Shown: one piece after another, positions 1 to 10,495 of the stretch
How the letters are laid out: each line of letters opens with the position of its first letter
Position numbering within the stretch: the stretch's first letter is position 1
DNA from: Escherichia coli
GTDB taxonomy: Bacteria > Pseudomonadota > Gammaproteobacteria > Enterobacterales > Enterobacteriaceae
Direction: 5' to 3' (one strand)
Length of the DNA: 64,000 bases
NCBI RefSeq assembly: GCF_017348835.2
Contig: NZ_CP071375.1
The notes under the pieces: model-generated
What the model was told of the DNA's origin: nothing
The model's database searches: none
What the model saw: the letters and a program-made list of their open reading frames with translations, nothing else
Translations under genes and position numbers: made by a program

Positions 1-546
1 TTCGTCGGCAATAATCAATTGCGGCTCGCAGGAGAATGCCAGCGCAATCATTACCCGCTGGCGCATACCACCTGAAAGCTCAAACGGATAGCGCGACATA
101 ACTTCCACGGCATCCGGGATTTGCATCTCTTCCAGCAGGGCAATCGCTTTAGCTCTGGCTTCCCGACGACTTATTGGTTGATGATGGCGGATCACGTCCA
201 TCATCTGAAGACCTATTCGACGTGTCGGATTGAGGGCGGTCATCGGTTCCTGAAAGATCATCGCCACTCGTGCGCCGCGCCACTGACGAAGCTGTTTTTC
301 CCGAGCGTTAAGAACATCGTCTCCCAGCAGTGAAATCTGCCCCCGATGTACGCAATAACTGCCCGTCGGTAGCAGACGCATAATCAGCATTGCGGTGACT
401 GATTTACCTGAGCCGGATTCTCCCACCAGACCGACAATTTCACCGCGGTTAATCTGCAAGGACACATTGTTGAGCGCGTGAACATCACCGTTAAAACCGG
501 GGAAACTCAAATGCAGCTGTTGAATGTCCAGAACGGGTTGGGTCAT
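1..546 (-). CDS. ddpD: ABC transporter ATP-binding protein DdpD, N-terminal part (gene runs off the window)
   Basis: Minus-strand translation from ATG 546..544 reads MTQPVLDIQQLHLSF... with Walker A GESGSGKS and signature LSGGMRQR; start overlaps ddpC stop (ATGA). Confidence 0.85.
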   Translation of the reverse strand, partial: MTQPVLDIQQLHLSFPGFNGDVHALNNVSLQINRGEIVGLVGESGSGKSVTAMLIMRLLPTGSYCVHRGQISLLGDDVLNAREKQLRQWRGARVAMIFQEPMTALNPTRRIGLQMMDVIRHHQPISRREARAKAIALLEEMQIPDAVEVMSRYPFELSGGMRQRVMIALAFSCEPQLIIADE

Positions 547-1439
547 GACTGCTTTCCTCCTGCTTTCGGGTCAAGCAGATCGCGAATACCATCACCAAAG
601 AGATTAAACCCGACGGCGGTAAGCAAAATCGCTGCCCCCGGAAATACGCAATACCACCACTGATCGAGTACATAGTTGCGACCATTTGCTACCATCGCGC
701 CCCATTCAGCACTCGGTTGTTGAGCACCCAGGCCAATAAATCCCAACGTGGCGGCCATTAAAATCGCGCTACCGATATCCAGCGATGCCTGCACGATCAG
801 CGGCGGCAGGGAGTTACGTAAAATATGCCAGTTGATCAGATGCCAACGAGACGCGCCAAAGGTTTTCGCCGCCTGAACATAGGTATACTGGCGTACAACT
901 AATGCTTGCCCCCGCGCCAGGCGCACATAAAAGGGAATTCGCACAATAGCAATCGCCAGCATGGCGTTAAATAAACTCGGCCCGAGAGCGGCAGCCAGTG
1001 CCATTGTCAGTACCAACGAAGGAATCGACAGCATAATGTCCATGATGCGCATGATGATGGCGTCTGCGCGTCCGCCAAGCACACCGGATAGACATCCGAG
1101 TAGCGAACCAATCATACCCGCAATGGCAACCACGACTAATCCGGCGAGAATTGATTGCTGACTGCCGACCAGTACGCGGCTAAACAGATCGCGTCCCACT
1201 TCATCGGTGCCAAACCAGTGCGCCGCAGAAGGCGGCAAAAGGCGGGCGGTTAAATCAATGGCGTTGGGATCATGCGTCGCCAGCCACGGTGAAAAAATCA
1301 TCATCAGTAGCATTAATACAATGATGACTGCGCCGGTCACGGTGAGCGGACTGCCTTTCAGCATCCATACCAGTTTTGCACCGTTAAATCGCGTTTGTTT
1401 TTGTGGGCGTACGGCGGACGTTTCCTCGCTTAGCATCAT
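543..1439 (-). CDS. ddpC: dipeptide ABC transporter permease DdpC
   Basis: 298-aa ORF, multi-TM permease, operon position between ddpB and ddpD. Confidence 0.88.
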   Translation of the reverse strand: MMLSEETSAVRPQKQTRFNGAKLVWMLKGSPLTVTGAVIIVLMLLMMIFSPWLATHDPNAIDLTARLLPPSAAHWFGTDEVGRDLFSRVLVGSQQSILAGLVVVAIAGMIGSLLGCLSGVLGGRADAIIMRIMDIMLSIPSLVLTMALAAALGPSLFNAMLAIAIVRIPFYVRLARGQALVVRQYTYVQAAKTFGASRWHLINWHILRNSLPPLIVQASLDIGSAILMAATLGFIGLGAQQPSAEWGAMVANGRNYVLDQWWYCVFPGAAILLTAVGFNLFGDGIRDLLDPKAGGKQS

Positions 1440-2458
1440 TCACCACCTCCACGTCCGATACGCGGATCAATCCACAAATAGAGCAAATCCACCACCAGGT
1501 TGACCAGCACATAAGCAAATGAAACCACGACGGCAAAGCCCATCACTGCCGGGAAGTCGAGCGCCTGTATTGATGTTACTACCCATGCACCCATTCCGGG
1601 CCAGGCAAAAACGGTTTCGGTGAGCACTGCGCCATACAACAAATCGCCCAGCGCCAGCCCCAATACGGTAATCGATGGGATCAACGCATTGGGTAGCGCA
1701 TAACATAGAACGATATACCAGCCGGGCAAGCCGCTGGCCCGGGCGGTACGAATGTAGTCTTCATTCAATTGTTCCAGCATCGCTGAGCGGATCTGGCGGG
1801 CGACAATCCCCAGGTGAACAAACGCCAGCGTTAATGCCGGTAAGATGAGATGTTGCAACGCATTGAAGAAGACTTCACCGTTGCCTTCAAGCAACGCATC
1901 GAGCAGATAAAAGCCGGTAACGTGCGTTGGCGGATCCAGCCAGTCATCAAGCCTTCCGCCGCCGGGAAGAATTTGCAGATGACCATAAAACAGCACAATG
2001 ACGCCCAGCCCAAGCCAGAACGCAGGTGTGGAGATTCCGGTAATGGCCATTATTCGCACCAGATGATCCAGCCAGCGATTTCGCCAGACTGCAGAGAGTA
2101 TGCCCAGTGGGATGCCAATCAGGAGTGCCAGCAGCAGGGCACAAAAAGCCAGTTCCAGCGTCGCCGGGAAAAATATGCGCAACTCTTCCAGCACCGGACG
2201 CCCGGTACGAATGGATGTCCCCAGGTCACCATGAAACAGATCGCTGACGTAGCGGTAAAACTGTACGTACAGTGGCTGGTCCAGCCCCAGTTGCTGGCGA
2301 ATATTTTCCACGATAGCATCGCTGGCGCGGTCACCTGCCAATAACCGCGCCGGATCGCCGGGGATCAGATGCGAGATAATAAACGTAATCACACAGACCC
2401 CCGCCATCACGAGCACCAGCCCCCAACAGCGTTGGCGTAAAATACTCCAGAAGGTCAC
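1436..2458 (-). CDS. ddpB: dipeptide ABC transporter permease DdpB
   Basis: 340-aa ORF, ABC permease (DppB/OppB-like), 4-bp overlap with ddpC. Confidence 0.88.
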   Translation of the reverse strand: MTFWSILRQRCWGLVLVMAGVCVITFIISHLIPGDPARLLAGDRASDAIVENIRQQLGLDQPLYVQFYRYVSDLFHGDLGTSIRTGRPVLEELRIFFPATLELAFCALLLALLIGIPLGILSAVWRNRWLDHLVRIMAITGISTPAFWLGLGVIVLFYGHLQILPGGGRLDDWLDPPTHVTGFYLLDALLEGNGEVFFNALQHLILPALTLAFVHLGIVARQIRSAMLEQLNEDYIRTARASGLPGWYIVLCYALPNALIPSITVLGLALGDLLYGAVLTETVFAWPGMGAWVVTSIQALDFPAVMGFAVVVSFAYVLVNLVVDLLYLWIDPRIGRGGGE

Positions 2459-2459
2459 G

Positions 2460-4010
2460 TTATTTACTCATGGTATTGATATTGAAGACCTGTTCCAGCA
2501 TGGGATTGAACACAAAGCCTTTCACCTCTTTGTTCATCGCCAGTTGGTAGTTTTTCTGGAACAGGTACACATAAGCAGCGTCATCAATGACGATTTTCTG
2601 TGCCTGCTGGTAGTTCCGGGTACGCTGCGTCTGGTCAGTGGTCGCGAGCGCATTGCGCAGTAACTTATCGACCTCACTGTTTTCATAGAACGAGCGGTTA
2701 CCCGGCAGACCTTTTTTGTCGGACTCAAACCAGTAATTCATAAACATATACGGGTCGGCAAAATCCGGACTCCAGTTGCCAATCGCAATGTCGTAATCAC
2801 CTTTACCCACTCTGTCGCGCATGGTGGCGTTCGCCAGCTTTTCCAGCTTCACATTGATGCCCAGCTTGTTGAGACTGGATTGTGTCGCCAGAGCAATAGG
2901 CTCCCAGTTCGGATCGTTATCGGAGTAGAGAAACGTCAGGCTGGTGGGTTTGCTCGTCACTTTATCCCATTCGGCTTTGGCTTTCGTTTCGTCATGGTTG
3001 TATTGCATTGCCGTCGCATCGTAGCCCCACATGCCTTCCGGAATCGGGCCGCGCATTTGTTTTCCGTTACCACTCAGAATGCCGTTAACCATACCCTGAT
3101 AATCGGTAGACCAGGAAATGGCCCGCCGCAGATCCGCCTGATTAAGTGGCGCTTTGCTGTTATTCAGATACAGATAGGTGACGCGCAGTGACGGATACTC
3201 TGCCACATTGACTTTATTTTCCTGCTTCAGGGCGTTGAGTTGATCCACCGGCAGCGCATCGGCAATGTCAATGTCGCCACGGGAGAGCTGCAGGCGACGG
3301 GAGGCACTTTCACCGATAATTTTTACCGATACTCGCTTAAAGTTCGGTTTATTGCCGGAGTAATGCGGATTTGGCACCAGAACTAATTGCTGACCTTTTT
3401 GCTAGCTTTTCAGCATAAACGGTCCGGAGCCAGCGGTATTTTGCGCGAGGAAACCACGGGCATCATCCGCCGCATGTTCCTTTAACACCGCCGGATTGAT
3501 AATGGATGCACCGTCATTCGCCAGCGTGTAGAGGAACGGTGCAAATGGCTGGCTAAGGGTAAACTTCACCGTATGTTCGTCGGGAGCATCAATCTTTAAA
3601 TCTTTGGGAAATGCTTCTGCTGGCCCCTGGCCGATTTTTAGTAACCGCTCAAAAGAGAGTTTTACTGCTTCGGCAGTGACAGGTGTGCCATCGGCAAATT
3701 TAGCATTGTCCTTCAGGGTGAACGTCCACTCTTTTTGATCGTCAGACGCTTTCCAGCTACTTGCCAGATCGCCTTCAACGTCGGTTGAGCCTTTATCACC
3801 GTCCGTTATGTACTGAACCAGCCGCTGATAAGACGGGTAGGTCACTGTCCAGTCGTTATTATCTATTGTTACCGCCGGGTCGAGGTTTTGTGGATCGGCG
3901 GCCTTACCAATCACCAGCATATCTTTCGGTACGGCGGCGTGCGCAACCGGGAAAGTTGTGGCAAGGACGAGCGCGAGCAATGTGGGACGAAACGATATCG
4001 ATCTCTTCAT
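2460..4010 (-). pseudogene. ddpA: periplasmic D-Ala-D-Ala binding protein DdpA, interrupted by an in-frame TAG (plus-strand cta at 3402..3404)
   Basis: ORF-track entries 3402..4148 and 2460..3377 are in the same frame; reading through the stop gives a continuous 516-codon family-5 SBP with signal peptide MKRSISFRPTLLALVLATTFPVAHA. Confidence 0.8.
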
Positions 4011-4023
4011 GACAGTTTCCTGA

Positions 4024-4605
4024 TTAACTGACGTGCTGTGTGCCAGGGGATATAAAACAGGTGAATTGATCAGCGAGCAGAGGGTAACTCGCTGCCTGGG
4101 GTAATTCGAAGTGCCACCATTCGCTGGAGATACCGACAAAACCGCCACCAGTCATTATCGCATTCAGCAACAGGCGATTGCGCTGAGCGGCGGGCGGGAC
4201 GGAAGGATGGTAAGCATGGGAACGTTCGTGCATTTCATCGAATCCTGCGCCCATATCGAGGATGTTCCCGTGCTCATCACGAAGCGTCAGGTCGATCGCT
4301 GTGCCACGGCTGTGATTAGAACCGACCGTCACATCAACAACATATTGCGGGTCTGGGCAGGCTTGCCACAACATCGCCTGTGCTTGTTGTGGGCGATACG
4401 CATCGTAAATCACCAGTTGTAAGCCTGACAGCTGGGCGATACTGATACTTTTCGCCAGCGCGGTAATCGCATCCTTGTGTAACAGACAACGCGCTTGCTG
4501 GTAAATAGCTTTACCTGTGATGTTATCAGCGCAGGCGTATTTCAATTCGATCTCCAGATCAGGGAAGATCGCGGCTAAATCAACCAGTTCGGTGGTATCC
4601 GACAT
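4024..4605 (-). CDS. ddpX: D-alanyl-D-alanine dipeptidase (VanX homologue)
   Basis: 193-aa ORF, first gene of the ddp operon; recognised sequence. Confidence 0.88.
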   Translation of the reverse strand: MSDTTELVDLAAIFPDLEIELKYACADNITGKAIYQQARCLLHKDAITALAKSISIAQLSGLQLVIYDAYRPQQAQAMLWQACPDPQYVVDVTVGSNHSRGTAIDLTLRDEHGNILDMGAGFDEMHERSHAYHPSVPPAAQRNRLLLNAIMTGGGFVGISSEWWHFELPQAASYPLLADQFTCFISPGTQHVS

Positions 4606-4649
4606 AAACGGTTCCTGTATAAGACAAAAATTGCTGCGCTTTCCGCTTA

Positions 4650-4665
4650 TGCAGATCTCATGCCA
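4650..4665 (-). promoter_or_regulatory. candidate sigma54 -24/-12 promoter element for ddpX
   Basis: Plus strand tgcagatctcatgcca = minus-strand TGGCAtgagatcTGCA, matching the GG-N10-GC sigma54 core about 45 bp upstream of the ddpX start. Confidence 0.35.
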
Positions 4666-4736
4666 TGCCGGGAGAAGCGCCAGAATGCTGGCTTAAAGTT
4701 ATATTTTTTAACTTTTGATCAACATTTGTGCAGCGT

Positions 4737-4752
4737 AGTGCAGTTTTGGTGC
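4737..4752. promoter_or_regulatory. NtrC-like enhancer half-site pair (GTGCAG-N4-GGTGCA)
   Basis: Imperfect dyad gtgcagttttggtgca about 85 bp upstream of the sigma54-like element. Confidence 0.3.
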
Positions 4753-4826
4753 AAGAGGGGAAGTTAAGGAAGGAATCTCCCGGAATCGTAGCTGAAATCA
4801 CAGTATTTAAGTGACAGTGTCACGTT

Positions 4827-4849
4827 AAATGAAAACCCGCGAGTGCGGG
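4827..4849 (-). terminator. rho-independent terminator downstream of dosP
   Basis: Stem cccgc/gcggg with 4-nt loop followed on the minus strand by a T-rich run (gggttttcattt). Confidence 0.6.
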
Positions 4850-4862
4850 CGAGAGGAATTTG

Positions 4863-7262
4863 TCAGATTTTCAGCGGTAACACGCTGCTCATCCAGCCTG
4901 GAATTTCTTCGGCGGGTAGGGGGCGGGAAAAGAAATATCCCTGAATAACGCGACAGTGGATCTTACGTAGCATCTCAAATTGCTCTTTGGTTTCGACGCC
5001 TTCCGCCACGACGGTTAAATTGAGGCTTTGCCCAATGCTGGTAATGGCTTCAAGTAAGGCAAGGATGCGTTTTTCCGTCAGACAACGATCGACAAAACTT
5101 TTGTCAATTTTGATTTCCGTTACCGGAAGACTGACTAAGCGGGATAATCCGGAAAAGCCCGTGCCAAAATCATCTACCGATAAACCCACGCCCATATCAC
5201 GCAGGATCTGAATGCGCTTAAAGATTTCGGTATCGTGTTCCATCATCATGCTTTCCGTGATTTCTACCGTCAGCTGGTGGCCGTCAATACCCCAGGCTTG
5301 CATTGCATCAGACACCTGATTAGGCAGTTGATTACTGCGAAAGTGCAGCGCCGACAAGTTAACGGATAACGCCGGGATATGAATATTCTGGCTACGCCAT
5401 TCTGCTAACTGACGGCAAGCTTCCGCGATGACCCAGCGCCCAATATTTTCGATTTCACCAATCTCTTCTGCGAGAGGAATAAACCGTGAAGGGGGCACAT
5501 GACCATGCTGGGGATCGTGCCAGCGAGCAAGGGCTTCGATGCCGTACAGTTCACCCGTTTCTGCGAAGATTTGCGGCTGGTAAACCAGTTTCAGTTGGTT
5601 ATTGCTAATCGCTTCTTTCAGCGCTGCGCCTAAAACCAAACGCTCTTTTACCATTTCGTTCATCGCCGGGCTGAAGAACTGCCAGCCGTTACCGCCATTC
5701 TTGCGAATATAATCCATTGCATTGTGAGCAGTGGAGAGCAGGTAATCGCGGTTTTTACCCACGTCGTAGCTGATGCCAATACTCAAGGTAAGCGGGAAGG
5801 GTTTATCGTCAATCATTATCGGCTTGCTGACCACATTCCGTAGCTCATCGGCGATTTGGGTAATGTTACTGACGTCGTTTTCCAGGCTCACGAGGACAAA
5901 CTGCGTACCTTCGATACGACAGAGATACTGATCCGGTTTGAGTTTTTCACGAAAGCGATTGACCACTTCCAGCAATGCCTGATCGGCCCACGCATAGCCA
6001 AGGCTATCAATCACATCCTGAATATGGTCAACACCGATGAGATACACCACCGGAGAGACGGCTTTGTCGACCAGGTCATCGAGGTAATTGTGCAGGTTAT
6101 TGCGATTTGGCAGACCGGTCATCGGATCAAATTGGATGAGTTGTTCAATATGCTGACGGCTTTTTTCCTGTTCCAGCGCCAGCGCGGCCATATGCTGGCT
6201 GATATCTGCCACGCGTTCGATAAAGGCGCTGGTTTCTGCTCCTGACGAGGTTTTAATTTGCAGGATCCCCGCAGGCGCGCCATCACGCTGACGAATGGTC
6301 GCTGACCAGCTTTGCGCATTTTGAACTTCTGCACCGTGCGAAGATGACGCCCAGTGTATCGGCATCCCGTTGCGCAGTGCGAACAGCGAAACATGCGATT
6401 CGTTGAGAACAGATTCGATATTACGACAAATGATTTCCCCCATTTCATGAAATGGCGGGCTGCTGCACATGGCGGCGAGAATATTGCCTTCAAGCTGGCG
6501 GATCTGCCGTTCTTCGGTGATATCCGAGAAAGTCATTACCAGGTTCTGCAGATGCGCGAGCACGTCATAAACCGGGCTGATAGAGGCTTTAATCCAGATT
6601 TTTTCACCGGTGCGCGTCAACAGCAGAAATTCGTCCTGATCGCGGGCGGTTTTCCATAGCAACTGTTGTAAACGAATGCGGTTATCGGCAGGGAATTCAG
6701 GAATGTTCAGGAGTGTATCGGGCTGCATACCGCTGGCTTCGCTAATGCAGTAACCAAACATTTCGGTAAATGCGCGATTGCACTGCACAATATGGCGTTC
6801 CGGATCGAGGACAATCACCGGTCGGTCGAGATGGTCAACGGCAATAATCAATTGTCTGGTCTGTTCTTTTTGCGCCATTTCTACGCTGGCATCCCGTACC
6901 AGCGCCAGGTAATAAACTTTCCCCTCGGCGCTCACTTTCGATAGCGCAAAACGGGTCCAGATTTTACTGCCGTCTTTTTTCTCCAGCTGCAGCTCCCGAC
7001 TCATCCCCTCGACACGCGCTTTACCGCCTTCACGGTTATGACGAATGTATTCAGGATGCGCAGGACGCAAATCCCGCGGAATCAGCATATCAATGTTATT
7101 GCCAATGACTTCTTCACGTTTGTATCCCCAGAGCTTCTCTGCGGCGGGGTTGAAAAACATCACTTCATCATTTTCGTTAATTAACACCGCACCCATCATA
7201 TTTTGCTCAAGGGCGGGGAAAAAAATGCCATCGGCGGCATTATCCGCATCGGTTAGCTTCAT
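4863..7262 (-). CDS. dosP: oxygen-sensing c-di-GMP phosphodiesterase (haem PAS-GGDEF-EAL)
   Basis: 799 aa from MKLTDADNAADGIF...; recognised DosP sequence; the ORF track adds 8 upstream codons. Confidence 0.92.
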   Translation of the reverse strand: MKLTDADNAADGIFFPALEQNMMGAVLINENDEVMFFNPAAEKLWGYKREEVIGNNIDMLIPRDLRPAHPEYIRHNREGGKARVEGMSRELQLEKKDGSKIWTRFALSKVSAEGKVYYLALVRDASVEMAQKEQTRQLIIAVDHLDRPVIVLDPERHIVQCNRAFTEMFGYCISEASGMQPDTLLNIPEFPADNRIRLQQLLWKTARDQDEFLLLTRTGEKIWIKASISPVYDVLAHLQNLVMTFSDITEERQIRQLEGNILAAMCSSPPFHEMGEIICRNIESVLNESHVSLFALRNGMPIHWASSSHGAEVQNAQSWSATIRQRDGAPAGILQIKTSSGAETSAFIERVADISQHMAALALEQEKSRQHIEQLIQFDPMTGLPNRNNLHNYLDDLVDKAVSPVVYLIGVDHIQDVIDSLGYAWADQALLEVVNRFREKLKPDQYLCRIEGTQFVLVSLENDVSNITQIADELRNVVSKPIMIDDKPFPLTLSIGISYDVGKNRDYLLSTAHNAMDYIRKNGGNGWQFFSPAMNEMVKERLVLGAALKEAISNNQLKLVYQPQIFAETGELYGIEALARWHDPQHGHVPPSRFIPLAEEIGEIENIGRWVIAEACRQLAEWRSQNIHIPALSVNLSALHFRSNQLPNQVSDAMQAWGIDGHQLTVEITESMMMEHDTEIFKRIQILRDMGVGLSVDDFGTGFSGLSRLVSLPVTEIKIDKSFVDRCLTEKRILALLEAITSIGQSLNLTVVAEGVETKEQFEMLRKIHCRVIQGYFFSRPLPAEEIPGWMSSVLPLKI

Positions 7263-7286
7263 GATTACCTCTGCATCCTGGCGCAT

Positions 7287-8669
7287 CTAAAGACTGGCTT
7301 TCCAGAGTTCAACACGGTTTCTACCTCGTCTTTTGGCGATATACAGAGCTTCATCGGCTATTTGAATGAGGCGCTCATAGTCAGGATGACCATTAAACAT
7401 GGCGGCACCGATGGAAAGTGAGAGGGCAATATCTTCGCCGTTTGCGGCTTTCAGTTTGGTTTTCTCCACCCGACTGCGAATACGTTCTGCGGTACGTAAC
7501 GTTTCGTTTTCAGAAGCTTCAGTTAAAACAATGATAAATTCATCGCCCCCGTAGCGGAAAACATAATCACTACTGCGGACGTTGTCATAAAAGGCCTGAG
7601 AGACTTTACGCAGAATTTCATCGCCAGTGTTATGGCCCCACGTATCGTTGATCTCTTTGAATTTATCAACGTCAATAATCAGCACTGACAGTGGTGTACC
7701 GGTCCGGTTGGCATGGGCAATTTCGCGTTTGAAGATAGTCGGCAGGAAACGGCGGTTAAGTAATTTCGTCAGTACATCCATACCGACTTCGTGGCGCGAT
7801 ACTTCTTCAAACAATTCACGCAGCAAGGTAATAATTTGCGATACAGTATTTCTTATCTGTAATAAAAATTTCACCCGCAGACTTCTGTTATTCAAATTCC
7901 TGGTGTTACGCATGGTTTGATTGAAAATACCGTCGAAATCCTGAATCAGACGAGAGATATGGCCCACTTCAGCAATGCCGCTGAAATAATGTCGACCTTT
8001 ATGGTTAAACCACAGGCCAAAATCAGCCTGGCTTAAAGGCAAACTACTGCCTAAATCAGAATCCAGCAGGATTTTATAGATAATATCTATTTCCCATGAA
8101 AGTATTGAGGCTATTTGCCGTTCTTTTTCTTCTTCGGCGTTTTCCAGTAACGAGAAGATACGATAGTTTTCATCTTCTTTTGAGGCACTACTGTCACTAA
8201 AGGTAAACGCGCGAGTCATCACTTCCATCGCGATATCAATACTGTTAATCGAGAAATGGTAGACCTGAAGTTTTTCTGCGGCGGAATAATCCGAAGAGAA
8301 GATTACCGGATAGAGGATTTTTTTCAGCACCCGAAACCCCATCTCGACAATTTCTACCGGAATTCCTATGCGGGCATGCACTTCCGCGACGGTATGCTGG
8401 ATTTGTATTAGCCTTTCGACATCGTCAACCTGGGCAGAAAGCACGTTAATAATCCAGCGCTCCATCGCACTTTTCAACTGCCGCTCAACTTGTTCATTAC
8501 TCAAGAATTCTTCGGCATGCGGGTCGATGCGGACAATTCGATAAAACTCGATACTCAGATAATGAGCATGCGCAACGGCAATTTCCGCGGCTTTAGCACG
8601 AATGGGCGGATCTGCCTGCTCGACAAGTCCGGTCCACTCATCTTTCATTCTTTTAAAATACATCTCCAT
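7287..8669 (-). CDS. dosC: globin-coupled diguanylate cyclase
   Basis: 460-aa ORF with C-terminal GGDEF (RYGGDEF); operon partner of dosP. Confidence 0.92.
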   Translation of the reverse strand: MEMYFKRMKDEWTGLVEQADPPIRAKAAEIAVAHAHYLSIEFYRIVRIDPHAEEFLSNEQVERQLKSAMERWIINVLSAQVDDVERLIQIQHTVAEVHARIGIPVEIVEMGFRVLKKILYPVIFSSDYSAAEKLQVYHFSINSIDIAMEVMTRAFTFSDSSASKEDENYRIFSLLENAEEEKERQIASILSWEIDIIYKILLDSDLGSSLPLSQADFGLWFNHKGRHYFSGIAEVGHISRLIQDFDGIFNQTMRNTRNLNNRSLRVKFLLQIRNTVSQIITLLRELFEEVSRHEVGMDVLTKLLNRRFLPTIFKREIAHANRTGTPLSVLIIDVDKFKEINDTWGHNTGDEILRKVSQAFYDNVRSSDYVFRYGGDEFIIVLTEASENETLRTAERIRSRVEKTKLKAANGEDIALSLSIGAAMFNGHPDYERLIQIADEALYIAKRRGRNRVELWKASL

Positions 8670-9000
8670 AATTCACACCCTTATAAGGCTGGGAAATCAG
8701 ACGGAATCAAAATGAAACGCAACGTGCGAGATCGACTAACTGCACCATATTCTCCTGAAATATGAAGATATACTGAAAAGAAATATGCGACTTAGGACAG
8801 TTTCAATCTACGCTACTGTTCTTCAGAAGAGTATAGCCCATCGTAATTATTTTTCGGTGACAGCGAATATCGTATGGTTTTTCATATTCATACATTTTTA
8901 TTAGGGGATTTATGGCTGTTTAACTAAGCGTGGTTAATTGCGTGGTTAATTTGACTTTAGTAAGCATGATTACTAGTGGGATAGTTCAAGAGGGTAACAA

Positions 9001-9021
9001 GCCGGTGGGTAAAGCACCGGC
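9001..9021 (-). terminator. putative terminator hairpin downstream of yddW
   Basis: Inverted repeat gccggtg...caccggc followed by a T-rich run on the minus strand. Confidence 0.45.
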
Positions 9022-9045
9022 TTGTTACAAAGTAAGAATGGGAGT

Positions 9046-10365
9046 TTAACTGCCCCAACGACTTTGCAGATAGCTGACCGCTTGTTGAGTCTGCGGTTTA
9101 TTCAGATAGTCCTCACGGAACAAGATGGTGCCGCTAATTTCGGGTACCGCATCGTTAAGATCGAGCTGCTTTTTCAGCTCCGGTACGCCGCCGTTAATCA
9201 TCCAGTCTGGCTCTATCTTTGAAGGTTCACCCACTTTATAGAAGGCGATACCGATATACAGGCGGGTCTTGGTCGGTTTAACGACATCCGCCCACCATTT
9301 TGCCAACACGTCATAACGCGCGGCACTCCGTGAGAACGGCCAGTAAATTTGGGGAGCAATATAATCCAGCAATCCTTGTTCCACCCATCGACGGGTGTCA
9401 GCGTAGGATTCGTCATAGGCTGCCGCACCTCGGGTATCGGAACCGAGCGGATCGTGTGATCGGTTACGCCACACGCCTGCCGGGCTAACACCAAATTCGA
9501 CTCCCGGCTTAATGCTTTTAATGGTGTGCGATACTTTTGCAATTAACTGCTGAGTATTGTTGCGCCGCCAGTCTGCTTTTGACGCAAATGCGCCTCCGTA
9601 TTTGCGGTACGTTTCGTTATCATTTAGCCGTGAACCCGGTGACTCAGTATAGAAATAGTCGTCAAACTGCACGCCATCTACCGGATAGCGGGAAACCACT
9701 TCTGCGACTATTGATGTGATCCAGTCCTGAACCTCAGGGATGCCCGGGTCGAGGACAAAGCGATCGCCAGACGTTCTGATCCAGTCACGGTGTTGCACAT
9801 AGACGCTCGCCGGTTGTTGAGACAGAGTGCTATTCAGTTCCCTGATAGTACCGGGCTTCGTATTAACCGATACGCGATAGGGGTTAAACCAGGCGTGTAC
9901 TTTCATCCCACGCTTGTGGGCTTCGTCGAGCATAAATTGCAGCGGATCGTAACCCGGATTTTCACCAATCTTACCGGTCATAAGATCGGACCATGGCAAA
10001 ATTTTTGAAGGCCACAGGGCGGTACCGTCCGGCTTGACCTGGAAAAAGACCGTGTTTATACCGAGACGTTGCAGATGATCCAGTTTGTCGATCATCGCCT
10101 GTTGTTGTACACGGGCCCGGCTGGTGGGGTTACTAATGTTAACCGAGGAAACCGGTGGCCAGTCGAGGCGAGACACCGTGGCCAGCCAGATGCCACGCAT
10201 CGGTTGTGACGATTGTTGCGTCGTGGCTGGTGGATTTGAACCTGCTGGTGGTGTCACCATGGACTCTGGAGGCGTGCTTTTACAACTACACAGTAAAAGT
10301 GCCAGTGCAACCAGTATCGCTGGTCTTCTAATCGCTAATTTCTCGTTTCGGGAGCAGATATCCAT
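9046..10365 (-). CDS. yddW: glycoside-hydrolase-like lipoprotein YddW (DigH)
   Basis: 439-aa ORF with lipoprotein signal (LLLCSC); recognised YddW sequence. Confidence 0.85.
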   Translation of the reverse strand: MDICSRNEKLAIRRPAILVALALLLCSCKSTPPESMVTPPAGSNPPATTQQSSQPMRGIWLATVSRLDWPPVSSVNISNPTSRARVQQQAMIDKLDHLQRLGINTVFFQVKPDGTALWPSKILPWSDLMTGKIGENPGYDPLQFMLDEAHKRGMKVHAWFNPYRVSVNTKPGTIRELNSTLSQQPASVYVQHRDWIRTSGDRFVLDPGIPEVQDWITSIVAEVVSRYPVDGVQFDDYFYTESPGSRLNDNETYRKYGGAFASKADWRRNNTQQLIAKVSHTIKSIKPGVEFGVSPAGVWRNRSHDPLGSDTRGAAAYDESYADTRRWVEQGLLDYIAPQIYWPFSRSAARYDVLAKWWADVVKPTKTRLYIGIAFYKVGEPSKIEPDWMINGGVPELKKQLDLNDAVPEISGTILFREDYLNKPQTQQAVSYLQSRWGS

Positions 10366-10442
10366 ATGTGCTGGTTTCCGGTAAACAGATGTGCGCTCAT
10401 TCTCGTACTTATCCCGGTTAAGTCAATACGACAGCAAGCACG

Positions 10443-10470
10443 AAAAAGGGAGCGATGAATTATCGCTCCC
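10443..10470 (-). terminator. rho-independent terminator downstream of gadC
   Basis: Hairpin gggagcgat-N-atcgctccc followed by TTTTT on the minus strand. Confidence 0.65.
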
Positions 10471-10495
10471 TTATCTTATAACCATTCAGACATAG

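Noticed and set aside
1850..2344. 164-aa plus-strand ORF antisense to ddpB
   Set aside because: Lies wholly inside a well-supported permease gene on the other strand, with no independent signal.
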